Below, one piece after another: positions 55,818 to 64,000 of a stretch of 64,000 bases of DNA. This DNA is from Candidatus Levyibacteriota bacterium (GTDB lineage: Bacteria; Patescibacteriota; Microgenomatia; Levybacterales; UBA12049). The stretch covers positions 24,129 through 88,128 of the forward strand of contig JAJDCH010000014.1 of the NCBI GenBank assembly GCA_029260905.1, read 5' to 3'. Within the stretch, counting starts at the first letter, position 1. Each line of letters opens with the position of its first letter. The notes under the pieces were generated by a model. The model searched no databases, had not been told where the DNA came from, and worked only from the letters and a program-made list of their open reading frames with translations. The position numbers and the translations under genes are program-made.

Positions 55818-56865
55818 AAAAATTGCTGTACTGGCGGGAGATGGAATAGGGCCAGAAATAACAAAAGAGGCTATAAATGTACTAAAAAAGGTAGCAGATA
55901 AATTTGGGCATCAGTTTGACTTCAGACAAGGGCTTGTTGGAGGAGTAGCAATTGATCAGACAAAAAACCCTTTTCCAGGTGAAACGCTTAAGCTTTGTCT
56001 TGACTCAGATGCTATTCTTTTTGGCGCAATTGGTGATCCAAAATATGATAATGACCCAACTGCAAGGATAAGACCAGAACAAGGACTTCTTGCTATGCGA
56101 AAAGAGCTTGGTCTTTATGCCAACATCAGACCTGTTTTTGTATTCAAAAGCTTACTTGATAGATCTCCTCTGAAAAAAGAAATTGTAGATGGAGTTGATT
56201 TTGTAGTTGTGAGGGAGCTGATAAGCGGCATATATTTTGGAGAAAGAGGAAGAAGTAATGATAATAAATCAGCCTTTGACACATCAGAATATAGCGTTGA
56301 TGAAATAGCAAGAATTGCAAAAGTGGGATTTGAAATGGCTGGGAAAAGAAGGAAAAAATTAACTGTTGTTGATAAAGCAAATGTGCTTGAAACATCCCGT
56401 CTTTGGCGAGAGACAATTCAAAATATGGAAAAAGATTATAGTGATATTGAAGTTGAGTATATGTTTGTTGATAATGCAGCGCAACAAATTATCAAAAACC
56501 CAACCAGGTTTGATGTAATAGTAACAGAAAATATGTTTGGTGATATTTTGACTGATGAGGCATCTGTGATAAGTGGATCTCTTGGTATGCTGCCGTCTGC
56601 ATCGCTTGGACTAAAGACATCTCTTTTTGAACCAATTCATGGATCTTTTCCAAAAGCAGCAGGTCAAAACATCGCAAATCCTACAGGAATCATCTTGTCT
56701 GCTGCTATGCTTCTCGAAGAAGCATTTGAGATGGTTGAGGAAGGAGCAGTGATCAGAAATGCTGTACAAAAAGTGCTTGATGATGGTTTTGGAACAAGAG
56801 ACATAGCAACTAAAAAAGTTATGGGTACAAAAGAATTCGGACAAAAAATAGTTGGAGCTTTATAA
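55810..56865 (+). CDS. leuB: 3-isopropylmalate dehydrogenase
   Basis: The N-terminus [13 protein letters not shown] and the isocitrate/isopropylmalate dehydrogenase signature [25 protein letters not shown] are present. Confidence 0.95.
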   Translation: MNKKIAVLAGDGIGPEITKEAINVLKKVADKFGHQFDFRQGLVGGVAIDQTKNPFPGETLKLCLDSDAILFGAIGDPKYDNDPTARIRPEQGLLAMRKELGLYANIRPVFVFKSLLDRSPLKKEIVDGVDFVVVRELISGIYFGERGRSNDNKSAFDTSEYSVDEIARIAKVGFEMAGKRRKKLTVVDKANVLETSRLWRETIQNMEKDYSDIEVEYMFVDNAAQQIIKNPTRFDVIVTENMFGDILTDEASVISGSLGMLPSASLGLKTSLFEPIHGSFPKAAGQNIANPTGIILSAAMLLEEAFEMVEEGAVIRNAVQKVLDDGFGTRDIATKKVMGTKEFGQKIVGAL

Positions 56866-56870
56866 AGATT

Positions 56871-57260
56871 TTATTTTAAATGTTTTTGAAAAGTTGTGAA
56901 AACAAGTAGGGCGCATTTGGTTCGAGCTGGGGTAAGGGTTATTCCCAATTCTTCCAGAGCATCTTTAGGTTTTAAACTTCTTATTTTTTTAATCTTCTCC
57001 CCTTTTATTTTTTCAAGAAAAAGCGATGCTGATGCTTTTGAGATTGCACAACCCGTACTTTCAAATGCAACATCAGTCAAAACACCCTTTTTAACAACAG
57101 CTGTTATTTCTATCTGATCTCCACAAACTGGATTGTGCCCAACTGATTTAATATCAGGACTTTTTATTTTCCCATAATTTAAAGGATTTTCCCAATGATC
57201 AAGTACTAGTTCACGATATAAAGAATCATCATGATTATTTAGCTTTTTTACATTTGTCAT
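56871..57260 (-). CDS. sufU: Fe-S cluster assembly scaffold, SufU/NifU-like
   Basis: It has the CGDQIEI motif and three conserved Cys residues. It is 129 aa. Confidence 0.85.
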   Translation of the reverse strand: MTNVKKLNNHDDSLYRELVLDHWENPLNYGKIKSPDIKSVGHNPVCGDQIEITAVVKKGVLTDVAFESTGCAISKASASLFLEKIKGEKIKKIRSLKPKDALEELGITLTPARTKCALLVFTTFQKHLK

Positions 57261-57297
57261 GTTAGATTTTCATAATTCCTAATTCATTATTCTTTAT

Positions 57298-58509
57298 TCA
57301 TATCCTAAATACTTTTTTAACTTCTTTTATTCCAGCAAAAAGTCTGTCAATATCTTGTGTTGTATTATAAATATAAATTGATGCGCGAGTTGTTGATGAT
57401 ATGTTAAGTGCCTTCATCAAGACTTGTGCGCAGTGATGGCCTGATCTTACAGCAACACCAGACCGATTCAGAATCTCAGCCATATCATGCGAATGGATAT
57501 TTCCTACTGCAAATGAGAAAACACCAAGTCTTTGATCTGATTTATGAGATCCAAACAACTTAACTTTTTCTTCTTTTGCAAATTTTTTAAGCGTGTATTC
57601 TACAAGTTTTTTTTCATCTTTTTTTATTTTCTCAAAACCTATTTTTTCAATATAATCTATGGCTGCTCCAAGACCGATTACACCTTCAATATTTTTAGTA
57701 CCTGCTTCTAGCTTTTCAGGTATATCCGCAAGTTCAACAATTTCTTTGCTGACTGTTTTTATCATATGCCCACCAGTTATCACGGGACTCATATCGCTAA
57801 GAAGCTCTTTTTTTGCCCACAAAACACCAACTCCAGTTGGGCCAAGCATTTTATGAGATGAAAAAACAAGAAAATCGCAATTAAGTTTTTTAACATCAAT
57901 TTTTAAATGAGGAATAGACTGCGCAGCATCAATCAAAATCTTAGTATTGGGATTTTTTTTCTTAAAAAATAAAATTATTTCAGAAATTGGATTAACTGTC
58001 CCAAGTACATTTGACGCATGTGTAAGACTAACTAATTTTACTTTTTTAAAGTCAAGATCAATTGATTTGTAATCAAGATTTCCATCTTTTGTAACTGGAA
58101 TAAAAAATAATTTAATACCTATTCTTTGTTTTAAAATAAGCCAGGGAACGATATTGCTATGGTGCTCCATTTCAGACAAAACAACAATATCACCTTTTTT
58201 AAGATGTTTCCCAAAATACCCAATTGCTGCAAAATTTATTGCTTCAGTCGTGCCACTGGTAAAAATTATTTCATTTGAATCACTAGCTGATATAAAATCA
58301 ACAGCTTTTTTCCTGACATTCTCATACATTTCAGTTGCATCCTGACTGAGTGTATAAATTCCCCTGTGAATACTTGAATAATTTTTTTCATAAAAATCAG
58401 TTACAGCATCAATTACAACATTTGGCTTTTGCGTTGTTGCTGCGCTGTCAAGATAACACAAGTCAGGATTATTTTTAAAAATAGGAAAGTCTGATTTAAT
58501 ATTTATCAT
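57298..58509 (-). CDS. sufS: Cysteine desulfurase (class V aminotransferase, SufS type)
   Basis: The PLP lysine lies in SSHKMLGPTGVGVLW and the catalytic Cys in RSGHHCAQ. Confidence 0.9.
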   Translation of the reverse strand: MINIKSDFPIFKNNPDLCYLDSAATTQKPNVVIDAVTDFYEKNYSSIHRGIYTLSQDATEMYENVRKKAVDFISASDSNEIIFTSGTTEAINFAAIGYFGKHLKKGDIVVLSEMEHHSNIVPWLILKQRIGIKLFFIPVTKDGNLDYKSIDLDFKKVKLVSLTHASNVLGTVNPISEIILFFKKKNPNTKILIDAAQSIPHLKIDVKKLNCDFLVFSSHKMLGPTGVGVLWAKKELLSDMSPVITGGHMIKTVSKEIVELADIPEKLEAGTKNIEGVIGLGAAIDYIEKIGFEKIKKDEKKLVEYTLKKFAKEEKVKLFGSHKSDQRLGVFSFAVGNIHSHDMAEILNRSGVAVRSGHHCAQVLMKALNISSTTRASIYIYNTTQDIDRLFAGIKEVKKVFRI

Positions 58510-59069
58510 AGACCAATGTTTAGTGCTGCTTCAGCTTTTTTGGAAAGCAAGAGCGGAAATTTATCAATCATTTCTCTTAAAAATCCCTGAATGATAAGCT
58601 CTTTTGCCTTTTTGTGAGATAAACCTCTTGACATTAGATAAAAAATTTCAAGATCATTGATTCTCCCAACAGTTGTTGCATGTCCTGCTTTTATATCATT
58701 TTCAAGTATTTCAAGACTAGGTATTGCCTTGCCTTTTGCTTTGTCTGAAAGAAGAAGGATATGCGCGGCCAGCCAGGTGTTTGTGCCAATTGAACCTTGA
58801 TTTATCTTCACAAGGCCATCTATTTCCACTTTTGCGTTATCAGTTAATGCGCTTTTTATAATTACATTACTTTTTGTTTGAGCTGCTTTGTGTTCAACCC
58901 GAACAGACAAAGAAAGACTTTGATTTTCTTTGCCAAGAAGAAGACCCATGAAATCAACTGATGAATTTGCACCAGTTAGTTTGATATCATAAGAAAGCTC
59001 TGTTTCTTTGCCAATCCACAAGATAGGAATAACTTTTTTTTCGTTGGCTTTTACAATAATTGTTTTCAT
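58506..59069 (-). CDS. sufD: Short SufD-like protein (187 aa; only the C-terminal beta-helix portion)
   Basis: It has SufB/SufD family C-terminal similarity ([17 protein letters not shown]). It is less than half the usual SufD length. Confidence 0.6.
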   Translation of the reverse strand: MKTIIVKANEKKVIPILWIGKETELSYDIKLTGANSSVDFMGLLLGKENQSLSLSVRVEHKAAQTKSNVIIKSALTDNAKVEIDGLVKINQGSIGTNTWLAAHILLLSDKAKGKAIPSLEILENDIKAGHATTVGRINDLEIFYLMSRGLSHKKAKELIIQGFLREMIDKFPLLLSKKAEAALNIGL

Positions 59070-59075
59070 AACTTC

Positions 59076-60473
59076 TCATCCAACTGAGCCTGCCATAGAA
59101 AGTGTAATTAATTTATTTAACTCTATAGCATATTCAAGCGGCAATTCTTTTACGATCGGCTCTATAAATCCATTTACAACCATGGACGTCGCATCTGCCT
59201 CAGACAGACCTCTGGACATCAGGTAAAAGAGCTGTTCTTCACCAATCTTACTAACTGATGCTTCATGCCCAAGCGTGACATCTTCTTCATTTACAATATT
59301 TGTAGGATATGTATCAGATCTTGAAAGCTCGTCAAGAAGCAATGCGTCGCATCTGACAAAAGATTTACTTCCTTTGGCTCCATTTATGATCTTGACCATA
59401 CCGCGATAACTTGATCTGCCGCCACCAACACTGACTGATTTTGAATTAATAGTACTTGTTGTGTAAGGCGCCAAATGTATTGCTTTTCCTCCTGCATCCT
59501 GATGTTGACCTTTTCCCGCAAAAGCAAGCGATAAAACTTCTCCCTTTGCGCCTTTGCCGTTTAAGATAACTGATGGATATTTCATAGTAACTTTTGATCC
59601 GATATTTCCATCAATCCATTCACCAAAACCCTCTTCTTCGACCAGCATTCTTTTTGTCACTAGATTATAAACATTATTTGACCAGTTCTGGATGGTGGTG
59701 TAGCGGACTCTGGCGCCTTTTTTGACAATTATCTCAACAACTGCTGCATGAAGTGAGTCTGTTGTGTAGATTGGCGCTGTACAGCCCTCCACATAATGAA
59801 CATATGAACCCTCCTCAGCAATTATCAATGTCCTCTCAAACTGCCCCATATTGGCAGCATTGATCCTGAAATACGCCTGTAGCGGTATCTCGACATGTAC
59901 TCCTTTTGGCACATACACAAAACTACCCCCACTCCAGACAGCTGAGTTAAGAGCTGCAAATTTATTATCAGAAACAGGTATCACAGTTCCAAAATATTGT
60001 CTGAAAAGATCAGGATGTTTTTTAAGAGCAGTATCTGTATCAAGAAAAATAACGCCTTTTTTCTCCCATTCTTTTTTAAGATTGTGATAAATCACTTCAG
60101 AATCATATTGCGCGCCAACACCAGCCAAAAATTTTTTTTCAGCCTCAGGTACACCAATCAGATCATATGTATCCTTTATATCTTTTGGCACGTCTTTCCA
60201 TTTTCTTGATTTTTTTTGAGTCGGACTGAGGTAATAAAATATGTTATCAAAGTCAATACCTGTTAAATCAGCACCCCAAGCTGGCATCATCTTTTGCTCA
60301 AACATCATCAAAGCCTGAAGCCTGAATTGAAGCATCCAATCTGGCTCATTTTTGTAGTGAGAAATTTGTTCCACAATATCCCTGCTCAAGCCCCTTTCTG
60401 TTCTAAAAACAGAGGTCTCAGGCTTATGAAAACCGTATTTATAGCTGTTTTTTATATTTTGTGTAGATCTCAA
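59076..60473 (-). CDS. sufB: Fe-S cluster assembly protein SufB
   Basis: The 465-aa SufB signature regions are present, including [13 protein letters not shown]. Confidence 0.9.
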   Translation of the reverse strand: MRSTQNIKNSYKYGFHKPETSVFRTERGLSRDIVEQISHYKNEPDWMLQFRLQALMMFEQKMMPAWGADLTGIDFDNIFYYLSPTQKKSRKWKDVPKDIKDTYDLIGVPEAEKKFLAGVGAQYDSEVIYHNLKKEWEKKGVIFLDTDTALKKHPDLFRQYFGTVIPVSDNKFAALNSAVWSGGSFVYVPKGVHVEIPLQAYFRINAANMGQFERTLIIAEEGSYVHYVEGCTAPIYTTDSLHAAVVEIIVKKGARVRYTTIQNWSNNVYNLVTKRMLVEEEGFGEWIDGNIGSKVTMKYPSVILNGKGAKGEVLSLAFAGKGQHQDAGGKAIHLAPYTTSTINSKSVSVGGGRSSYRGMVKIINGAKGSKSFVRCDALLLDELSRSDTYPTNIVNEEDVTLGHEASVSKIGEEQLFYLMSRGLSEADATSMVVNGFIEPIVKELPLEYAIELNKLITLSMAGSVG

Positions 60474-61231
60474 ATGAATTTTTTGTATCCTTCCTCTTCG
60501 ATTTTTTGGGCAAGTGATGATCCACCAGATTTGACGATCTTACCTCCTGCAATCACATGAACGAATTGGGGTTTTATATAATGAAGAATTCTTTGATAAT
60601 GAGTAATTAGAACAAGTCCCAGTGAAAAATCGAGCTTATTTATAGCAACTGAAATATGTCTGAGGGAATCAACATCAAGCCCAGAATCAGGCTCGTCAAG
60701 TACAGCAAACTTTGGTTTGAGCGCTGCCAACTGCAGGATCTCAGCTTTTTTCTTTTCTCCACCAGAGAAACCTTCATTCAGAGATCTTTTGACAATCTCT
60801 TCATTAAAGCCAATTTGTTTGGCAACAGGCTCAATCTGATTTCTAAAAGCAATAGGAGATAGCTTTTTTTCTTTGGCTTTTTTCTGTTCATTTATAGCAG
60901 TTCTGAGGAAATTTCCAAAGTTAACGCCAGCTACTTCAATTGGGTACTGAAATCCAAGAAAAAGCCCCAGCTTTGCCCGCTCATCAGGTTTGAGAGTGGT
61001 TATATCTTTATTGTTTAGTTTTATCTGACCCTTCGTAACAACATATCCAGGATGACCCATCAGAACTTGAGCAAAAGTTGATTTACCTCCTCCATTGGGT
61101 CCCATGATTGCGTGGATTTCGCCTTGATCTATACTAAAATTTAGACCTTTTAGAATTTCTTTGCCTTTTATTGTTTGGGCGTATAAATTTTTAACTGTTA
61201 ATTTATTATTCATTTTTCCATTCTTTCTCAA
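60470..61231 (-). CDS. sufC: Fe-S cluster assembly ATPase SufC
   Basis: It has Walker A (GPNGGGKST), the signature [14 protein letters not shown] and Walker B ([10 protein letters not shown]). Confidence 0.9.
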   Translation of the reverse strand: MRKNGKMNNKLTVKNLYAQTIKGKEILKGLNFSIDQGEIHAIMGPNGGGKSTFAQVLMGHPGYVVTKGQIKLNNKDITTLKPDERAKLGLFLGFQYPIEVAGVNFGNFLRTAINEQKKAKEKKLSPIAFRNQIEPVAKQIGFNEEIVKRSLNEGFSGGEKKKAEILQLAALKPKFAVLDEPDSGLDVDSLRHISVAINKLDFSLGLVLITHYQRILHYIKPQFVHVIAGGKIVKSGGSSLAQKIEEEGYKKFI

Positions 61232-61448
61232 GCTGAGTGTTTATTTCATCAATCATTTCCAGCATCTCCTCTTCTGTCATATTGTGCATTTCTGCGCCGG
61301 TCTCAAGCGTATCGTTTTCATTGGCATAGCAATTCGCACAGTGCAGTCCGTATTCTGCCAGTAGTTCAGCAGCTCTAGGGCATTCCTGACCGATGATACT
61401 GACAGGATCAAAACGGGTGATAACATATGGGGATCCCTGTCCTTTCAT
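61206..61448 (-). CDS. DUF1858 (hybrid-cluster-protein-associated redox disulfide) domain protein
   Basis: The sequence GLHCANCYANENDTLETGAEMHNMTEEEMLEMIDEIN matches the DUF1858 pattern G-x-HC-x-GC...HG...L...LN. It overlaps the sufC start by 26 bp. An extended -10 (TGtTATAAT) lies 6 nt upstream of the ATG. Confidence 0.65.
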   Translation of the reverse strand: MKGQGSPYVITRFDPVSIIGQECPRAAELLAEYGLHCANCYANENDTLETGAEMHNMTEEEMLEMIDEINTQLEKEWKNE

Positions 61449-61506
61449 GGCTACATTATAACACGAAAGAAAAAAAGCTAAAAATATAAAATAAAAACAA
61501 CTTTTG

Positions 61507-61580
61507 TGACCCGTATGGGAGTCGAACCCATGATTTTCGGGATGAAAGCCCGACGTCCTAGGCCACTAGACGAACGGGCC
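61507..61580 (-). tRNA. tRNA-Glu (anticodon TTC)
   Basis: The acceptor is ggcccgt/acgggtc. The D-arm is Glu-type (cgtctagtggcctaggacg). The anticodon stem-loop is tcggg-ctTTCat-cccga. The T-loop is ttcgact. Confidence 0.85.
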
Positions 61581-61659
61581 TAAATTTATCGAAACACCTA
61601 AAATGGCGTCATAATATGTATTATAACGCCATTCAGGCTTAAATTCAATGAAGAAAGAT

Positions 61660-62319
61660 TTATTTAAATTTTTTCTTTGCTTCATCAACTACGCTTTTTG
61701 CTGCATCACGGCCTCCAAGACCAAATGCAATTCCACCTGCTAACGCAATCATTGCCACAAATCCAGTAAATAAGATTCTTACAAGATCTTGTGCAACACC
61801 TAGCTGATTAAGAACAGCTAGAAGTACAAAAACGGTCAGGGAAATTTTAGTCACTGATGCAATAGTATTTGCTGCATCAGAAGAAAGACCTGTTACTGAT
61901 GCTTGAACGAGATTGCCGGCAAGTCTGGCAAGAACTAAACCAACAAGACCGATAATTGCTGCTACAAATACATTTGGCAGATAAAGCAAAAATGTATTTA
62001 AGACTGTTGTGACTTGTGGTATACCCCAGACATCTGCTGTTGGGATAAGAAAAAGGATAAGTACAAACCACCTGACAATCTCAGCTAGTATATTTGTCCA
62101 TGTTAGTTCTTTTTTTGCCTCAGGAACCCCGTATTTCTTTAGGTATTTTTCAACCTTTAAGACATTAAAAATCTGGACAAAAACTTGCCTCGCGATTGAG
62201 GCTACGATAACACCAATTAAAAAGATAATAATGCCAGCAAGAAAATTGGGGAAAAAAGCAACTACTCCTTCAACACCTTTATTAATAGATGAAAGAAAAG
62301 TGTCTGCTATATTATTCAT
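61660..62319 (-). CDS. Membrane protein with conserved-TM-helix repeats (mechanosensitive-channel-associated TM_helix-like)
   Basis: It has repeated amphipathic or TM segments. The start is set at the ATG at 62319, 9 nt after AAAGGAG. The GTG at 62328 that the ORF track used abuts the Shine-Dalgarno sequence. Confidence 0.45.
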   Translation of the reverse strand: MNNIADTFLSSINKGVEGVVAFFPNFLAGIIIFLIGVIVASIARQVFVQIFNVLKVEKYLKKYGVPEAKKELTWTNILAEIVRWFVLILFLIPTADVWGIPQVTTVLNTFLLYLPNVFVAAIIGLVGLVLARLAGNLVQASVTGLSSDAANTIASVTKISLTVFVLLAVLNQLGVAQDLVRILFTGFVAMIALAGGIAFGLGGRDAAKSVVDEAKKKFK

Positions 62320-62495
62320 ATAATTCACCTCCTTTCATAGTAAGCTTCAAAAGTATGTTCGTCTTGATTTAGCAATCTAACCTAGATTGATATTTGGAAA
62401 TAGTATTGCACTTTAAAAATTACTTGTCAAGCATATCCCAGCTTGATATAATTCAATGATGTCCAAAAGCTATTAGTATAAGCTAAAAGCTAATC

Positions 62496-62567
62496 GGGCC
62501 GGTAGCTCAGCGGTAGAGCAGGAGCCTTTTAAGCTCTTGGTCGCGGGTTCGATCCCCGCCCGGCTCA
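62496..62567 (+). tRNA. tRNA-Lys (anticodon TTT)
   Basis: The acceptor is gggccgg/ccggctc. The anticodon stem-loop is ggagc-ctTTTaa-gctct. The T-arm is gcggg-ttcgatc-cccgc. Confidence 0.9.
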
Positions 62568-62591
62568 CAGTAAAGAAGAAAAAGTCTGAGG

Positions 62592-63377
62592 CTATGGAGT
62601 TTTTTCTGTACCGATAATTATCGTAACATCTGTGTCATTTTCTGCTTTTTCTATGTCCTCATCAATAGAATAAGTTTTTTTCAGAAATTCAGTTAATTTT
62701 TGAAGATACTCTTTATCTACTTTTTCAGCTGCAGTGATTTTGGTTAACTCAAAATCAGTTGAATCCGCATTGCCTACTGAGTCAACCTTGAAACCTTCTT
62801 CCTCCAAAGCTTCTTGCGCATCCCCTGCTGCGCCTGTCACGCCTGAACCATTTAGAACCTCAATGCTATATGCCTGAAGGTCAACTTCCACTGGCATTTC
62901 AATTATAGGAGTAGGTGTAGGTGGTACCTCAGTAGGCTTAGGAAAAAGATTTATTTGATTGCCAGATGTAACGTAGTAAATGCCGGCAAAAAGACCAATT
63001 CCAATAAGAAAAGTAACTAAAAAGACTGTTAAGAAATAAATAAATGCGCCTTTTTTGCTACCTACCTCAACATCAGGTGGCTTTGTAAAGAAATCTACTG
63101 CTTCATCTGTGGAGCTTTCTTCGACTATCTCTTCTTTGTGAAGAACAGATTTTTTTTCTTCCTTCTCCTCTTCGTCTTTTGCTTCAACTACTTCCACGTC
63201 TTCTACTGCTTCTTTCTCATCCACCTCATCTGGATTAACTGCCTCAATTTCTACTACTTCTGTTTCTTGCTTTTCGTCTTTGAGCGTATCTTTTTCTATC
63301 TTCTTTGGCTCTAGTGGCTGCTTTTTTTCTTTTTTTGAACCAAACTTAACTGGCTTTGCTCGTTTTTTTGTTTGCAT
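62592..63377 (-). CDS. LytR_C (LytR cell-envelope-related C-terminal) domain membrane protein with an acidic N-terminal tail
   Basis: It has an E/K-rich N-terminus and a single TM helix. The C-terminus IEVLNGSGVTGAAGDAQEALEEEGFKV...TVIIGT matches LytR_C. Confidence 0.5.
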   Translation of the reverse strand: MQTKKRAKPVKFGSKKEKKQPLEPKKIEKDTLKDEKQETEVVEIEAVNPDEVDEKEAVEDVEVVEAKDEEEKEEKKSVLHKEEIVEESSTDEAVDFFTKPPDVEVGSKKGAFIYFLTVFLVTFLIGIGLFAGIYYVTSGNQINLFPKPTEVPPTPTPIIEMPVEVDLQAYSIEVLNGSGVTGAAGDAQEALEEEGFKVDSVGNADSTDFELTKITAAEKVDKEYLQKLTEFLKKTYSIDEDIEKAENDTDVTIIIGTEKTP

Positions 63378-63421
63378 AAATTATCCTCCTTATTTAGTTT
63401 AGAATTAATTAGTGTTTGTTG

Positions 63422-63931
63422 TCAATTAATCAAAAACTCGATATGTAAAAGGTTGAGAGCAAAACTAGTTAATTGATCTCCCCAAAAAAGACATGCAAAT
63501 GTCCCCAGAACCAAAAATGGTCCAAATGGTATAGTACTTCCGTGAAGCTTTTTTTGCTTTGTAAGAATAAGTATCACAGCAGCAAAGGCACCTGTAAGAA
63601 CTGCTATATAAACAGCAACTATAATGTTTGGAAAGCCAAGCAGAAGCCCCATAAAGATTGCATAAACCACGTCTCCAAACCCTATTCCCCGACCCCTAGT
63701 TATCAAAAAAATAATTAAGAAAAAAGCAAATACTCCAATTGATGCAAAAAGCAGGTTGAAGATTTGATCATAATTATAGAAATATGAATACAAAAAAACT
63801 GCCAAGATAAGCGGAAAGACAATATTAAAAGGGATTAAGCCATATTTAAGATCTGTAAAAAATATAATGATTAGTCCTGAAATAATAAAAAGTAAATATA
63901 AAACATTAAATAACATATGCACATTATTCAA
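63422..63931 (-). CDS. Minimal A24-family prepilin peptidase-like protein (no N-terminal zinc-ribbon/methyltransferase part)
   Basis: It has GIGFGDVVYA (the GxGDxK-like catalytic Asp region) and the IPFGPFL motif, with about five TM helices. It is 169 aa. Confidence 0.55.
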   Translation of the reverse strand: MNNVHMLFNVLYLLFIISGLIIIFFTDLKYGLIPFNIVFPLILAVFLYSYFYNYDQIFNLLFASIGVFAFFLIIFLITRGRGIGFGDVVYAIFMGLLLGFPNIIVAVYIAVLTGAFAAVILILTKQKKLHGSTIPFGPFLVLGTFACLFWGDQLTSFALNLLHIEFLIN

Positions 63932-64000
63932 AGCTATATATATATTATTCCCAAAGACAGTAAATGTGGTAAAAGCAAAAAGTAGTGCTGTTGTTGTCTC

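Noticed and set aside
62009-62323. 104-aa plus-strand ORF
   Set aside because: It is fully antisense to the better-supported membrane-protein gene at 61660..62319, which has an AGGAG ribosome-binding site. It shows no ribosome-binding site or domain signal. It is probably spurious.
1-64000. Search for CRISPR arrays, transposases, integrases and IS inverted repeats
   Set aside because: No array of regularly spaced direct repeats and no transposase- or integrase-like ORF was seen anywhere in the window. The only mobile-DNA hint is the compositional anomaly next to tRNA-His, which is reported as a finding.
63932-64000. Possible partial gene at the right edge
   Set aside because: With only 69 nt and no in-frame continuation of the A24 peptidase ORF, it cannot be assessed.

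Overview
This is a densely coded, low-GC (about one third G+C by eye) bacterial chromosomal segment with no rRNA, CRISPR array, transposase or integrase visible. Its taxonomic affiliation is uncertain.

Main blocks, in order:
- (1) A plus-strand surface-glycan operon: GT4 and GT2 glycosyltransferases, a pyruvyl transferase, a 1073-aa tandem GT-C membrane glycosyltransferase and a hydrolase-like protein.
- (2) A sortase next to a secreted LANTG-anchored substrate.
- (3) A tRNA cluster (Gly-TCC, Leu-TAA, Pro-TGG).
- (4) An operon of a hypothetical protein, a QueC-like PP-loop ATPase and an ICMT-family carboxyl methyltransferase, facing a KMO-like FAD monooxygenase.
- (5) A minus-strand riboflavin operon (ribE-ribH-ribA-ribD) behind an FMN riboswitch, facing a stand-alone riboflavin kinase.
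- (6) A rhomboid protease and a MacAB-like adaptor, ABC ATPase and FtsX permease.
- (7) A GC-richer DUF1905/YdeI gene next to tRNA-His.
- (8) DinB, small stress membrane proteins, an ATP-cone::Mrr-type nuclease fusion and a UPF0104::GT-C membrane protein behind tRNA-Arg.
- (9) A VKOR protein, tRNA-Lys, and a CAP-domain protein with a C-terminal dockerin.
- (10) uvrA, a transglutaminase-like protein, a short uvrC and secG.
- (11) An aroG-type DAHP synthase, then divergent ilvBNCDE (minus) and leuABCD (plus) operons. The gap between them carries two mirror-image leader-peptide attenuators, one Val/Ile-rich and one Leu-rich.
- (12) A suf operon (sufC, sufB, short sufD, sufS, sufU) with a DUF1858 redox protein.
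- (13) tRNA-Glu and tRNA-Lys, a LytR_C protein and a minimal A24 prepilin peptidase.

One pattern recurs across the window. Extended -10 boxes (TGnTATAAT) sit 6-10 nt upstream of ATG codons that lack a Shine-Dalgarno sequence, which suggests leaderless mRNAs. Several other genes begin 6-18 nt after a tRNA 3' end. Genes with strong AGGAGG sites are mixed in among these.
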